From NCBI GenBank assembly GCA_040400605.1, contig JBBAPZ010000005.1, positions 64,001 through 128,000 of the forward strand: a DNA stretch of 64,000 nucleotides, written 5' to 3'. The position numbers and the translations under genes were made by a program. The notes under the pieces are model-generated. The model did no database searches. It saw only the letters and a program-made list of their open reading frames with translations, and was not told where the DNA came from. The DNA is from Candidatus Sericytochromatia bacterium (GTDB lineage Bacteria; Cyanobacteriota; Sericytochromatia; S15B-MN24; JAQBPE01). Positions 1-8,796 of the stretch are shown piece by piece. Numbering within the stretch: the stretch's first letter is position 1; the number at the start of each line of letters is the position of its first letter.

Positions 1-1
1 T

Positions 2-274
2 GGTTACTCTGCGGGCTGTGTACTGATTGAGTTGAAACAGTATAAAGAAGCGATCAATGAGTTGAGAGGCCTTCGTTTTCCGCCTCAAGCGGAACCCTTG
101 CCTTCTTTGGCGTTGCTTAAATTGGGTGAATGCTACGAGCAAATGAATCGCTGGCGCGAGGCGGTTCCCATTTACACCCGCCTCACACGCGTTGCACCGG
201 AGCGCGAGCGTGGCGAGGCGCGTGAGCGGCTCAACTGGATCGAGCAGAACATTCCAAAGGAGATGCGGTCTTGA
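2..274 (+). CDS. Tetratricopeptide-repeat protein, C-terminal part (5' truncated by window edge)
   Basis: Frame is open from position 2. ALLKLGECYEQMNRWREAVPIYTRL is TPR-like. Stop overlaps the start of the next gene. Confidence 0.7.
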   Translation, partial: GYSAGCVLIELKQYKEAINELRGLRFPPQAEPLPSLALLKLGECYEQMNRWREAVPIYTRLTRVAPERERGEARERLNWIEQNIPKEMRS

Positions 275-1902
275 TGTGGTTGCGCGATGGCTGCTTCTGT
301 CTGGCCTGGTGTGCGGCGATCGCCGCACAGCCCGTTTTTGCGCAGACAAAACAAACGGAAAGCCAGGATGGTTCCGCGGCGGTTTCACCGGACGACAAAT
401 TGCCGGCTCAGTTACCTTCCATCACGGTCCAAGGCAGAGATTTAAGTGGCTCGGACCCCCATGGCAACGCCAAGATTTTGCCATCAGCCAGTGGCCAAGG
501 CATCCCGATTCGCTTGCCAGAACCTGCTCAGATTCGCGCGACCAGCGATGATAATCGTCGTTTGGTCGTGAATGTCACGCCTTCCACCGTTGAAGCCTTG
601 CCAAACCGGGGAGGGCCCCGCTTGCCTTACACCTTGCTTGAAGGCGGGTTAGGTGTATCAGGCGGGCAGTCCATCGGAAGATTGTACGATGCGCGATACC
701 TTGGTGCCGGTGTGCTGGGCACCGAATTGAACGCGATGTCTGGTTTGGGATGGGCGAGGTGGCGCGCAAAGGAATGGTTTGAGTGGCCAAAGTTGGGTCG
801 GGTTGATTTGCAAGCGGAGTCTCTGGCTTGGGCGCAGCCTTCCGTGCGTGGTAATCAGTCTGTGTACCACGCTGCCTATGATTATGGCGAAACCGATGAT
901 TGGCTGGCAGGTATCAGCCTGCAGCGAGCCTTTAATCGCTCTTTTGTGGGTGGTGGATCCGACCCCTTGCCCATGCCGATCTTGAATGAAGCAGGCCATC
1001 TGGAGGCCAGTGTTCTGCAGGCGCGTTTTCAATTTCGGGGCCAGCGTGCCGAGGCGCCCGCACCGCTTCTCAAAGGACAATTGCAGCATCGGATTTGGGG
1101 TGTGCAGTCAGGCTTCGAAGGATATTTTTCGGCATCCGACTCTTGGTCACTGGCTGAACCATGGCGTCTGGAGGGGCGATTGGGCGGTGGTTTTTGGGGT
1201 CGGGAATGGATCGTTGACCCTGGACTGATGGTTCATTACCGACCGAACCCAAGCGCTCACGCATTTCTCGGGATGAAGGCGCAGAGTGTGCTTCCGGATT
1301 TTCGTGATCTTTACATGCTGCGTCTTGCCGCTGCATCGAACCTTGATTTGCAGGCTGAGCGCATTTTGGGCTGGGCGGAATTGGGTGGTTCCCAGCGTTT
1401 GTCGGAACGGGTGTGGCTCAGCGCCGCACTCGATATGAAGCCGACCTGGCGGCGTGTGTATTGGGCTGACCCTGACCAGGATGGCTTGTGGATGCCAGTG
1501 AACGCTGACCAACAGCAGTGGTGTCCGGCCGGTCGCGTGCGTGCTCAACTTCAATGGGCGCCTATGCTACAGCATGATCTTCATTATCAGTGGGAAGCGT
1601 CTTATCCACTGGGGTGGAGTGAACACAAACTCGGTACGACGTTGGAAGCCAGTTTGGCAAACACGTTGCTGGGTGTGAGTGTTGGTGCCGACTGGCGTCT
1701 CGCGACGCTTTCCAGTCTGCAAACCCCTAGAGGTGGCATTGGTAGCGGTTTTTTTGCCTCAACCGCACTGCGCTACCGTTGGACGCCGGATTTGAGCCTC
1801 ATCCTCATGGCCTCAGAGTTGCCCTTGGCGGTGACTCAACCCGCGTTGAACTATTTTATGCCCTTGCCTGTCTTGACCTTGAATGCGCAGTACCAGTTCT
1901 GA
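271..1902 (+). CDS. Putative outer-membrane beta-barrel protein, possibly TonB-dependent-receptor-like
   Basis: N-terminal signal peptide (..PVFA-Q), a SITVQG segment resembling a TonB box, Trp-rich amphipathic strands and C-terminal LNAQYQF (BAM-type aromatic end). Lies directly upstream of tonB. Confidence 0.55.
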   Translation: MMWLRDGCFCLAWCAAIAAQPVFAQTKQTESQDGSAAVSPDDKLPAQLPSITVQGRDLSGSDPHGNAKILPSASGQGIPIRLPEPAQIRATSDDNRRLVVNVTPSTVEALPNRGGPRLPYTLLEGGLGVSGGQSIGRLYDARYLGAGVLGTELNAMSGLGWARWRAKEWFEWPKLGRVDLQAESLAWAQPSVRGNQSVYHAAYDYGETDDWLAGISLQRAFNRSFVGGGSDPLPMPILNEAGHLEASVLQARFQFRGQRAEAPAPLLKGQLQHRIWGVQSGFEGYFSASDSWSLAEPWRLEGRLGGGFWGREWIVDPGLMVHYRPNPSAHAFLGMKAQSVLPDFRDLYMLRLAAASNLDLQAERILGWAELGGSQRLSERVWLSAALDMKPTWRRVYWADPDQDGLWMPVNADQQQWCPAGRVRAQLQWAPMLQHDLHYQWEASYPLGWSEHKLGTTLEASLANTLLGVSVGADWRLATLSSLQTPRGGIGSGFFASTALRYRWTPDLSLILMASELPLAVTQPALNYFMPLPVLTLNAQYQF

Positions 1903-1929
1903 AGAGGCTTGGGCGGAAGGCGACGCTTT

Positions 1930-2817
1930 ATGACATACTCCGACTTTTTTCAAGGTGATCAGCGTGGACGCCTGTGGGGCGATCTCGGTTCCGTCGCATC
2001 CAAACGAATGCCTGTCCGAACACTACGGAACGATGTCAGTCGACGAGCAGGCTTGTGGTGGTCCAGTGGCCTTCATTTGCTCTTTATCACCGGCCTTTTG
2101 TTGTTTGCGCCCACCATCACACAGCCGATTAAACCCGAAATCCTGCCCATTGAGGTGGCATTTGTTGATGACACGACAAATACGGGGCTTAATCCCGCGC
2201 CCCCACAACCCAATAAAACGTTGCGAGCGGCATCGCCAGTCAAGGCACCGACAGAGACATCCGTGCGGCCGCGTCCCCAAAGGGCTCAGGCCGTTTCGCG
2301 CCTGGTTGATCGCAAGCAGAGTCCGACGCGCCGCATGGCGGCCGTGACCCGCCAGAAGTCTGTTGAGGCGCCAAAGTCTGCGGATCTCAATGCCTTGTTG
2401 CAAGCGCGGCTGCAGTCGAGCCAGGCACGGGATGATGCGCAATTACGTGCGGTCAAAGAACGCTGGCGGCAAGGAACCCCCATCACCGAGACGCAACCCG
2501 GTAGCGGCACATTCGTGGCGAACGCCAGGATTGGCGGCTCCGGCCTGTCAGGCGCACTTGCCGCGCGCGCCTCTGTTCGTTCTTTGTACCCGGTTTATCC
2601 CGCGGAAGCCCAACGGATGGGCGAAGAAGGGGAGGTTTGCGTGCGGCTTTGGGTTACCGCTAGCGGTGACGTGCAGCGCGCAGAAGTTGTCCGCAGTTCT
2701 GGACGCCCCTATTTTGATGCAGCAGCAACGCAAGCGATACGACAATGGCGTTTCACCGCACTTCCTGGAACCGGCGAGCAATGGGGCGAAATCACGCTGT
2801 CTTTTCGCCTGGAGTGA
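1930..2817 (+). CDS. tonB: Energy transducer TonB family protein
   Basis: TM anchor SSGLHLL (SxxxH), Pro-rich linker and C-terminal YPVYPAEAQRMGEEGEV...SSG..FDAAA..AIRQWRF. Start codon uncertain (ORF track gives 1909). Confidence 0.85.
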   Translation: MTYSDFFQGDQRGRLWGDLGSVASKRMPVRTLRNDVSRRAGLWWSSGLHLLFITGLLLFAPTITQPIKPEILPIEVAFVDDTTNTGLNPAPPQPNKTLRAASPVKAPTETSVRPRPQRAQAVSRLVDRKQSPTRRMAAVTRQKSVEAPKSADLNALLQARLQSSQARDDAQLRAVKERWRQGTPITETQPGSGTFVANARIGGSGLSGALAARASVRSLYPVYPAEAQRMGEEGEVCVRLWVTASGDVQRAEVVRSSGRPYFDAAATQAIRQWRFTALPGTGEQWGEITLSFRLE

Positions 2818-3237
2818 ATTGTCCTGCACACGCGACGCCTACGCAAACAGCCATCACAGCAGTGCTGCAAGCATCCTTTCAATGGCACGACGTCTCGGTG
2901 ATGGAAACGCATTAATTGAGGATCGGAATTTTAGCTGGCTTGGAATGGCAGCAGTTGATTTCCTGTTGTTGTGCATTGACTTCACGGGTTGTGAACAGAA
3001 AACTGTACGAGACTGAACAATAGGCATTTGATAGTTCCCGGGAAAAATCCTGGATACCAAGGCATTGCCTGATTGACCATAAAGATTCGATCCATAAGAC
3101 GATATGAGGCCGTTTGAAAGCAAGGTGTATTGAAACAGGCGTCCCAAGCTTGTTTAAAGCCGTATCTGACTTTATGAAGTGTCGAGCAGTCCGATACGCT
3201 ATGTACTCATTGCTCCAAACATCAGAATGATCGATTG

Positions 3238-3345
3238 TTTGTTAAATGGTTTTAGCATTCGGCGGGCGTTGGCACCATTGCGTGGTCTTTTTGCGCCATG
3301 ATGGTGCCGGAATCCGGGAGCCCGATCGGTCAATCTGATGGTTCC
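3238..3345 (-). repeat. Dispersed 108-bp intergenic element, copy C
   Basis: Reverse complement aligns without gaps to 38913-39020 (93/108) and 53908-54015 (90/108), counted by hand. Confidence 0.9.
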
Positions 3346-3368
3346 CTCATTGCTCTGAAACCAGGTGA

Positions 3369-3647
3369 TTAAAATTCCCCTTCCTCTGCGGCTTTCTTCG
3401 CGGCTGCATCAGCTTCCGCCTTCTTTTTGGCACGATCTTTCGCGTAAGCAAGGTAAATCGCCATGCCTTCACGGTACGTTTTTTGGGACCAAGCCCAAGC
3501 TGCCTTGAAGGGTCTAGGATCATGCTGATAGGCAACCCAGCCAGGAATGGCAAGAAACGGCAGACTGAAAATCCACAGAATAAAGACACTTTTCCAGCTT
3601 AAAACCGGCTTGGGGGCTTGATTGGCATTCGGTGCGCGACGAGCCAT
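3369..3647 (-). CDS. Small hypothetical membrane protein downstream of phnE
   Basis: 92-aa ORF with ATG, one hydrophobic segment and a charged helical tail. Co-oriented with phnDCE. Confidence 0.6.
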   Translation of the reverse strand: MARRAPNANQAPKPVLSWKSVFILWIFSLPFLAIPGWVAYQHDPRPFKAAWAWSQKTYREGMAIYLAYAKDRAKKKAEADAAAKKAAEEGEF

Positions 3648-3683
3648 TTTCGAAAACGTCCTGTCAAGATTGTGGTGGTGTTA

Positions 3684-4622
3684 TCAACTCACCAGGCGCC
3701 TGAGGCGGGCACTTGCGTAGTCAACGATCATGACCAGTAAAATGAGCACGGTGACGGTCATCGCGGCTTGCTGATATTGAAACATTCGAAAATCGGAATT
3801 CATAATAAAGCCAATGCCGCCGGCTCCAATCAACCCCAATACCGCTGCAGCACGGATGTTCGTTTCGAAACGATAGAGCAAAAATGAAACAAAAGCGGGC
3901 ATCACCTGTGGCACGACCGCGAAACTGACAATTTGTATGTAACGTGCACCCGTCGCACGGAGGGCTTCAACCACGCCTTCATCGATGCCCTCGATATTTT
4001 CAGCGAAGAGCTTGATCAATACAGTCGTCGTATGAAAGGCCAATGCCAAGGTGCCAGCAAAGGGACCGAGGCCAATGGCTGCAATCAGGATCAAACCCAC
4101 CGCAAAATCCGGTATGGTGCGTAAAAAGTTGGTAATCAACTTTAGCGAATGGTAGATCACAGGATGCGGACTGGTGTTTTGCGCAGCCAAAAAGGCTAAG
4201 GGGAAAGCGACCATCGCTGCCAAAAAGGTTCCAGCCAGAGCCATCTGGATTGTTTGGACAGTCGCGCCAATAATGGTTTGTGGAAAGGTGTTGACCCACC
4301 AGTAATCCTTGGCTGACATTTTTTCGGGGGAAAGTGGCATCGGGAGCATTAACTCCACGAACCCCAGTTCCTCTGGAACGTCGTAGACTTTAGGGTCGGT
4401 CACCCGCGTGTGGTCTGGCGGCAACATTCGCGACAAAGTGTCGACCATATTCGGTACACCCTTGGCGAGTTCTGTCAAATTCACTTGTACGCCTGAAAAA
4501 GACCAGACCAAGCTCCAAAGGATGATAGCGGCCAGTGCGATACGGCGTGCCCAGTCAATTCGAGGTGGTCTGGGCGGCGTTATTGCACGCGATTGGAGCG
4601 AATCGGTTGATGTTTGTGGCAT
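3684..4622 (-). CDS. phnE: Phosphonate/phosphite ABC transporter permease
   Basis: TIQMA..GT, RTIP, EAA-like EALRATGA and LYRFETNIR..AVLGLIGAGGIG motifs typical of PhnE. Confidence 0.9.
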   Translation of the reverse strand: MPQTSTDSLQSRAITPPRPPRIDWARRIALAAIILWSLVWSFSGVQVNLTELAKGVPNMVDTLSRMLPPDHTRVTDPKVYDVPEELGFVELMLPMPLSPEKMSAKDYWWVNTFPQTIIGATVQTIQMALAGTFLAAMVAFPLAFLAAQNTSPHPVIYHSLKLITNFLRTIPDFAVGLILIAAIGLGPFAGTLALAFHTTTVLIKLFAENIEGIDEGVVEALRATGARYIQIVSFAVVPQVMPAFVSFLLYRFETNIRAAAVLGLIGAGGIGFIMNSDFRMFQYQQAAMTVTVLILLVMIVDYASARLRRLVS

Positions 4623-4643
4623 GGTGATTGAGTTGACTCCTGA

Positions 4644-5495
4644 TCACGTCGCGCGTGCTGGTGCATCACCTTCACGTTGATAAATGGTTGCAAGGTTGTC
4701 ATCGGTGAGGGCACCGGGAGGCCCGTCAAAAACGACGCGACCACCCTGAAAACCGACAATACGATCAGCAAAACGTTTTGCCAGTTCAACCACATGAAGG
4801 CTGACCAAGACTGTGATGCCATCTTCTTTGGCAATTCGCTGCAGTGTTTCCAAAATGGTATTGGATAAACGCGGATCCAGTGAGGCCACCGGCTCATCCG
4901 CCAATATCAGCGCGGGACGTTGCATCAGCGCGCGCGCAATTGCCACCCGCTGTTGCTGACCACCTGAGAGGGTATCTGCGCGCTGATAGGCGTGTTCAAG
5001 CAAGGCGACACGATCCAGGTTTCGCATCGCTTCCATTCGAACATCAGCGGGAAACCATCGACAAGTTGTTGTTAACCATGCTTGCGATCCCAAACAGCCA
5101 CTCAAAACATTGTCTAAAACACTCAAACGACGCACCAAATTGAATTGCTGAAAGATCATGCCAACCCGTTGACGCCACCGACGCAATTCCGAATTGCGTA
5201 GTTGACAAACATCCATCGCTGCGACGCTTTCGTGACCGAGTACGTGCCCCGGAACGTTGATTTGTCCGGACGATGGTTCGACCAGCCGATTCAAACAGCG
5301 TAAAAAGGTCGATTTGCCAGCACCGGATAGCCCGAGGATGACGACAAACTCGCCCGGATAAAACCTGAGGTCAATGCCATCCAAAATGATGGGGCCCATG
5401 CCGTAAGACTTGCGTAGACCCTGAATGGTCAGCAAAGGACTGTGGGGATCGATCAAATGATTCACGGATGCGGGTGCTCCAAAGGCGATACTCAA
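4644..5495 (-). CDS. phnC: Phosphonate/phosphite ABC transporter ATP-binding protein
   Basis: Walker A GLSGAGKST, GMIFQQFNLV, LSGGQQQRVAIARAL, ADEPVASLDP. Confidence 0.92.
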   Translation of the reverse strand: MSIAFGAPASVNHLIDPHSPLLTIQGLRKSYGMGPIILDGIDLRFYPGEFVVILGLSGAGKSTFLRCLNRLVEPSSGQINVPGHVLGHESVAAMDVCQLRNSELRRWRQRVGMIFQQFNLVRRLSVLDNVLSGCLGSQAWLTTTCRWFPADVRMEAMRNLDRVALLEHAYQRADTLSGGQQQRVAIARALMQRPALILADEPVASLDPRLSNTILETLQRIAKEDGITVLVSLHVVELAKRFADRIVGFQGGRVVFDGPPGALTDDNLATIYQREGDAPARAT

Positions 5496-6403
5496 TTGAC
5501 GTGTAGTCCAACTTTGTCGAACGCTTCGCGCACCGGTTCGAAGTCCTCAGGCGATGCATCGACAAAAGCATCGATCTTATAAAGATCCATCAACTGCTTC
5601 CGCCCTTCCGGAGACTGCCCCATGCCAATGAAAACTTTCCTGATTTTTGCTTTCAGCTTTGCATCCAACTGCCGATGAACTGCTATGTTATCACTTGGAA
5701 TCGGCTTGGAAAATGCCAAAGGTATAATTTGGCCAGACTCTCCTCGCCGCGTCAAAAACTGTGTCCACGCTGAATCCTCCCCACGCGTGTCGTTAGTGAA
5801 CGTCGCAGCGGCATCCACTTTCTTGTTCAAAACCGCCAGAACCGCCGCATCGTGCCCACCAGCGTAAATCACGCGTGAGAAATCACGCTCCGGATTGATG
5901 CCGATATTCATAAACATCACTTTGGGATAGATGCCACCGGAGGTCGATGCAGGATCGACATAGGCAAACGTCTTGCCTTTCAGATCCTGTAATCGCCTCA
6001 AACCGGAATCCCGATGCGTGATGATGGCGGAATAAAAATAGGCCCGTCCCTTGCGCGACGCTTTTAAAATCACCTGCGCGTTCGCTTTTGTTTCCGCGAT
6101 GACATAGGCGCCTGGCGCAAAAAACGCCACATCCAGTTTGTTCGCCCGCATCGCTTCGATCACACCCGTATAATCGGTCGCAACAAAAGGTACCACCTGT
6201 AGACGCAGTTCCGCCTTCAACGCATCGATCACAGGCCGCGTTTTATGTAGAATGGCCTGCAGATTCTCTGATGGCACAAACCCGACCCGCAGCACCTTCG
6301 GTGCGTAGGCTTCGGCAGTGACCACCGGAATGAATACCGACAGAAGCAAACAAGCGGTGCAGACAATACCTTGAACGCCAGCAATCAAAGAAACCTCCCG
6401 CAA
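5492..6403 (-). CDS. phnD: Phosphate/phosphite/phosphonate ABC substrate-binding protein
   Basis: Signal peptide, DYTGVIEAM, DPASTSG and GGHDAAVLAV motifs of the PhnD/PtxB family. Confidence 0.88.
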   Translation of the reverse strand: MREVSLIAGVQGIVCTACLLLSVFIPVVTAEAYAPKVLRVGFVPSENLQAILHKTRPVIDALKAELRLQVVPFVATDYTGVIEAMRANKLDVAFFAPGAYVIAETKANAQVILKASRKGRAYFYSAIITHRDSGLRRLQDLKGKTFAYVDPASTSGGIYPKVMFMNIGINPERDFSRVIYAGGHDAAVLAVLNKKVDAAATFTNDTRGEDSAWTQFLTRRGESGQIIPLAFSKPIPSDNIAVHRQLDAKLKAKIRKVFIGMGQSPEGRKQLMDLYKIDAFVDASPEDFEPVREAFDKVGLHVN

Positions 6404-6509
6404 CCCTATCCCGATACGCCAATTCGACTTCGTGCAGTCAATTCAGCCATAAAGTGAACTGAACTGCTCTTACCCAAGCACGTGACATTTTTACCAAACT
6501 GGCAGTCAG

Positions 6510-6619
6510 GGAATCACCAGTTTCGCTGTTCAGACAACCGCCACCAGACCCTGACACCACGGTAACGAGACCGATTTCCACTGCTAAAACCCGCTTTACT
6601 GAAACAAACATTTAACGAA
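6510..6619 (+). repeat. Dispersed intergenic element, diverged copy D (ends conserved, middle different)
   Basis: Left end CAGGGAATCACCAGTTT vs copy B CAGGGAATCATCAGATT. Right end CAAACATTTAACGAACA vs CAAACGTTTAACGAACA. Length 110 vs 108. Confidence 0.65.
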
Positions 6620-6765
6620 CAAGCCGCGAGCTTGCTGAATGGGCTGTCAGGCGACGTCAAAAATGGCTTAACCGCAGCAATGGAGTCGTCTGATCTTCGC
6701 GTCTGCACCCGGAAACCTGGTTGGTTCATACCCTCAAGAACAGCACCTTGGACGTGCCGGTTTGC

Positions 6766-6821
6766 CCACCTTGCACACTGGACCCACTTTGAAGTCAAAG
6801 TGGGTCCAGTGTGCAAGGTGG
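6766..6821. repeat. Perfect 27-bp inverted repeat with 2-nt spacer (56-bp palindrome)
   Basis: CCACCTTGCACACTGGACCCACTTTGA-AG-TCAAAGTGGGTCCAGTGTGCAAGGTGG, read directly. Confidence 0.97.
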
Positions 6822-6875
6822 TTTAAAAACGTAATGACGATAACCGTTGCCACCGCAATAATCTGGTGAGCGCGC

Positions 6876-7319
6876 CTAAGAAGCGATCGCGTGATCCAGG
6901 TGACTTGCGATTTCATCGATCAGTGCCGCCATACCAGCATCACCATAGGCGAATTTGCGCGCACGTTCCAGTGCCGCCATTGCCTCCTCGTCGTAAGCTT
7001 CCGAATGGCACGCCAGAGCGACCTTGATCATGCTGGCCGGGTCGATCGCACTCGCGACCGCCCGCTTGAATGCCAGCAAGGTCTGCTTCGGCTTGTCATC
7101 CAGCAAATGCAAAAGTGCTTTTTCCAAATGCCGACACGTCAGCGTCGGCATCGGCGTGTCCACCACCACCGATGGCAACAAATACTGCCTCCGCCTGAAA
7201 AATATGGGCTTCAAGTCAGCATCGCAACCCGCAAACCCGAATGACAAAACATCATTCGCCTGATGGACCTCAATCGTTACTGTTCCGGTTGCTACCGTGT
7301 TCAGTGCCTTGATCTGCAT
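6876..7319 (-). CDS. Hypothetical protein with helical, TPR-like C-terminus
   Basis: ATG at 7319, plausible composition, DEEAMAALERARKFA helix. Confidence 0.55.
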   Translation of the reverse strand: MQIKALNTVATGTVTIEVHQANDVLSFGFAGCDADLKPIFFRRRQYLLPSVVVDTPMPTLTCRHLEKALLHLLDDKPKQTLLAFKRAVASAIDPASMIKVALACHSEAYDEEAMAALERARKFAYGDAGMAALIDEIASHLDHAIAS

Positions 7320-7515
7320 AAACGACGCCCCCAATCTCACATTCGCTGTGTTTCAAGTTTTGATTTTGAATATTTCCACGCTCGCTTAATCTGTCTTATA
7401 CCAAAGGCGTCAGGAATGTTTCGTGATTTGATAATGATTTTTCAACCAATTAATACTCTATTAACAAAATAGCCTGGGACTTGACCGGGGTGGGCGCTGG
7501 GGCGGAACATGCGCC

Positions 7516-8796
7516 TTGATGGGTGTGATGCGAAGTTGTCAAGAACTGTCTTCATTTGCGATGTCTGACCCACTGTGTGTGGCGTTGGCCGATGTGGCCA
7601 AGGCCAGTGGGGTGCGTGTCGCTTTGGTTGGCGGGTTTGTTCGCGACTGGTTGTTGGGGCGCGATGCCTTGGATTGGGATTTGGTCGTGAGTGGAGATTC
7701 CGAGACCTTTGCGCGCGCGTGGTCGAGGCGTCACGGTGGTGGCTGGGTGACGCTGGATGCAGATTTTGGGGTGGTACGCCTGCGTCTGGATGGGGGTTTG
7801 ACGCTGGATATTTCGCGCACGCAAGGGGACAGTCTGGCAAGTGATCTTTCAAGGCGCGATGTCACCCTCAATGCGATTGCCTGTTCGCTGGAAGATGGCG
7901 GCATTCATGATCCATTGAATGGCTTGCGCGACCTCGGTGCGGGTGTTGTCCGGGCAGTTTCCCGGAGCAACCTGGTGTCTGACCCGGTGCGATTGTTACG
8001 GGTGTATCGCTTCGCGGCCGTACTCGATTTTGCGATCGCGGATTCAAGCCGCGTCTGGGTGCGAGAATTAGCGGATCAACTTGACACGGTTGCGGGGGAG
8101 CGCTTGTGGACCGAACTATGCAAACTCGTTGCAGGTCCAGGCGCGTGTCGGGTGCTGAAGGACTTGCAACTCGACGGCTTGCTTGAACCTTTGCTGATGC
8201 AGCCACAGGATGCCTGCCGTGCAGGCCTTGCGCTGCACGCGTCATTGATCATGTGTCTTGCACGTGATTCCCGGACGGCTGGCTGGTTGTCGGGCGATGT
8301 TGGCGGTGCCTGCAGCCGCTCGGTGGTCTTGAGCGTGATGGCATTGCTTGGAGGCGCAGGGGTCGCATCCCCCGGGATCGCACGATTTGCCGCGCGCATG
8401 CGTCTGAGTCGACGGGAACAACGCCTGCTTTTGGGTTTGGCTGGTGGATTGAGGGAAAACTGGCCAGACGCGCTGAGCGAGCCGGTGGCCGCCTATCGGA
8501 TGGTGCGTCTGATGAATGAGGCGTGTGTGGGTGTCGGGTTGTTGGCGTTGGCCTGCGGCATGGCCGAGGGCGAACGCTTGATCACCGAATGTTTGCGTTG
8601 GGAGCGTGCGCCGTTGCCGCGGGTCGTAACGGGTGATGTCTTGCGCAGGGTGTTTTCATTGCCTCCTGGACCATTGGTTGGACATTTGTTGGCACTGGTT
8701 GAGGCTGGCCAAGTGGAAGGCGTGGTGGTTGATGAGACAACGGCCTTGGCGTACTTGCGTGCACACCGGGGTGAGTGGGGTGTAACCGTTGGCTGA
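7516..8796 (+). CDS. CCA-adding tRNA nucleotidyltransferase / poly(A) polymerase family
   Basis: LVGGFVRDWLLG..DWDLVV, DLSRRDVTLNAIA, DP.RLLRVYRFAA and ER.WTEL motifs. Start may be ATG 7561. Confidence 0.88.
   Translation: MMGVMRSCQELSSFAMSDPLCVALADVAKASGVRVALVGGFVRDWLLGRDALDWDLVVSGDSETFARAWSRRHGGGWVTLDADFGVVRLRLDGGLTLDISRTQGDSLASDLSRRDVTLNAIACSLEDGGIHDPLNGLRDLGAGVVRAVSRSNLVSDPVRLLRVYRFAAVLDFAIADSSRVWVRELADQLDTVAGERLWTELCKLVAGPGACRVLKDLQLDGLLEPLLMQPQDACRAGLALHASLIMCLARDSRTAGWLSGDVGGACSRSVVLSVMALLGGAGVASPGIARFAARMRLSRREQRLLLGLAGGLRENWPDALSEPVAAYRMVRLMNEACVGVGLLALACGMAEGERLITECLRWERAPLPRVVTGDVLRRVFSLPPGPLVGHLLALVEAGQVEGVVVDETTALAYLRAHRGEWGVTVG

Noticed and set aside
2854..3147. 97-aa minus-strand ORF between tonB and element copy C
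   Set aside because: TTG start, no RBS or motif recognised; probably spurious.
3231..3250. dif site (GTTTGTTAAAT resembles the XerD arm)
   Set aside because: No XerC arm at the required spacing, and the motif recurs as part of the dispersed element.
3270..3285. Sigma-54 promoter within the element (TGGCAC...TTGC)
   Set aside because: The GG-to-GC spacing does not fit the -24/-12 consensus.
6766..6821. Calling the palindrome a protelomerase telRL site
   Set aside because: Only the size is similar; no protelomerase or phage genes are in the window.
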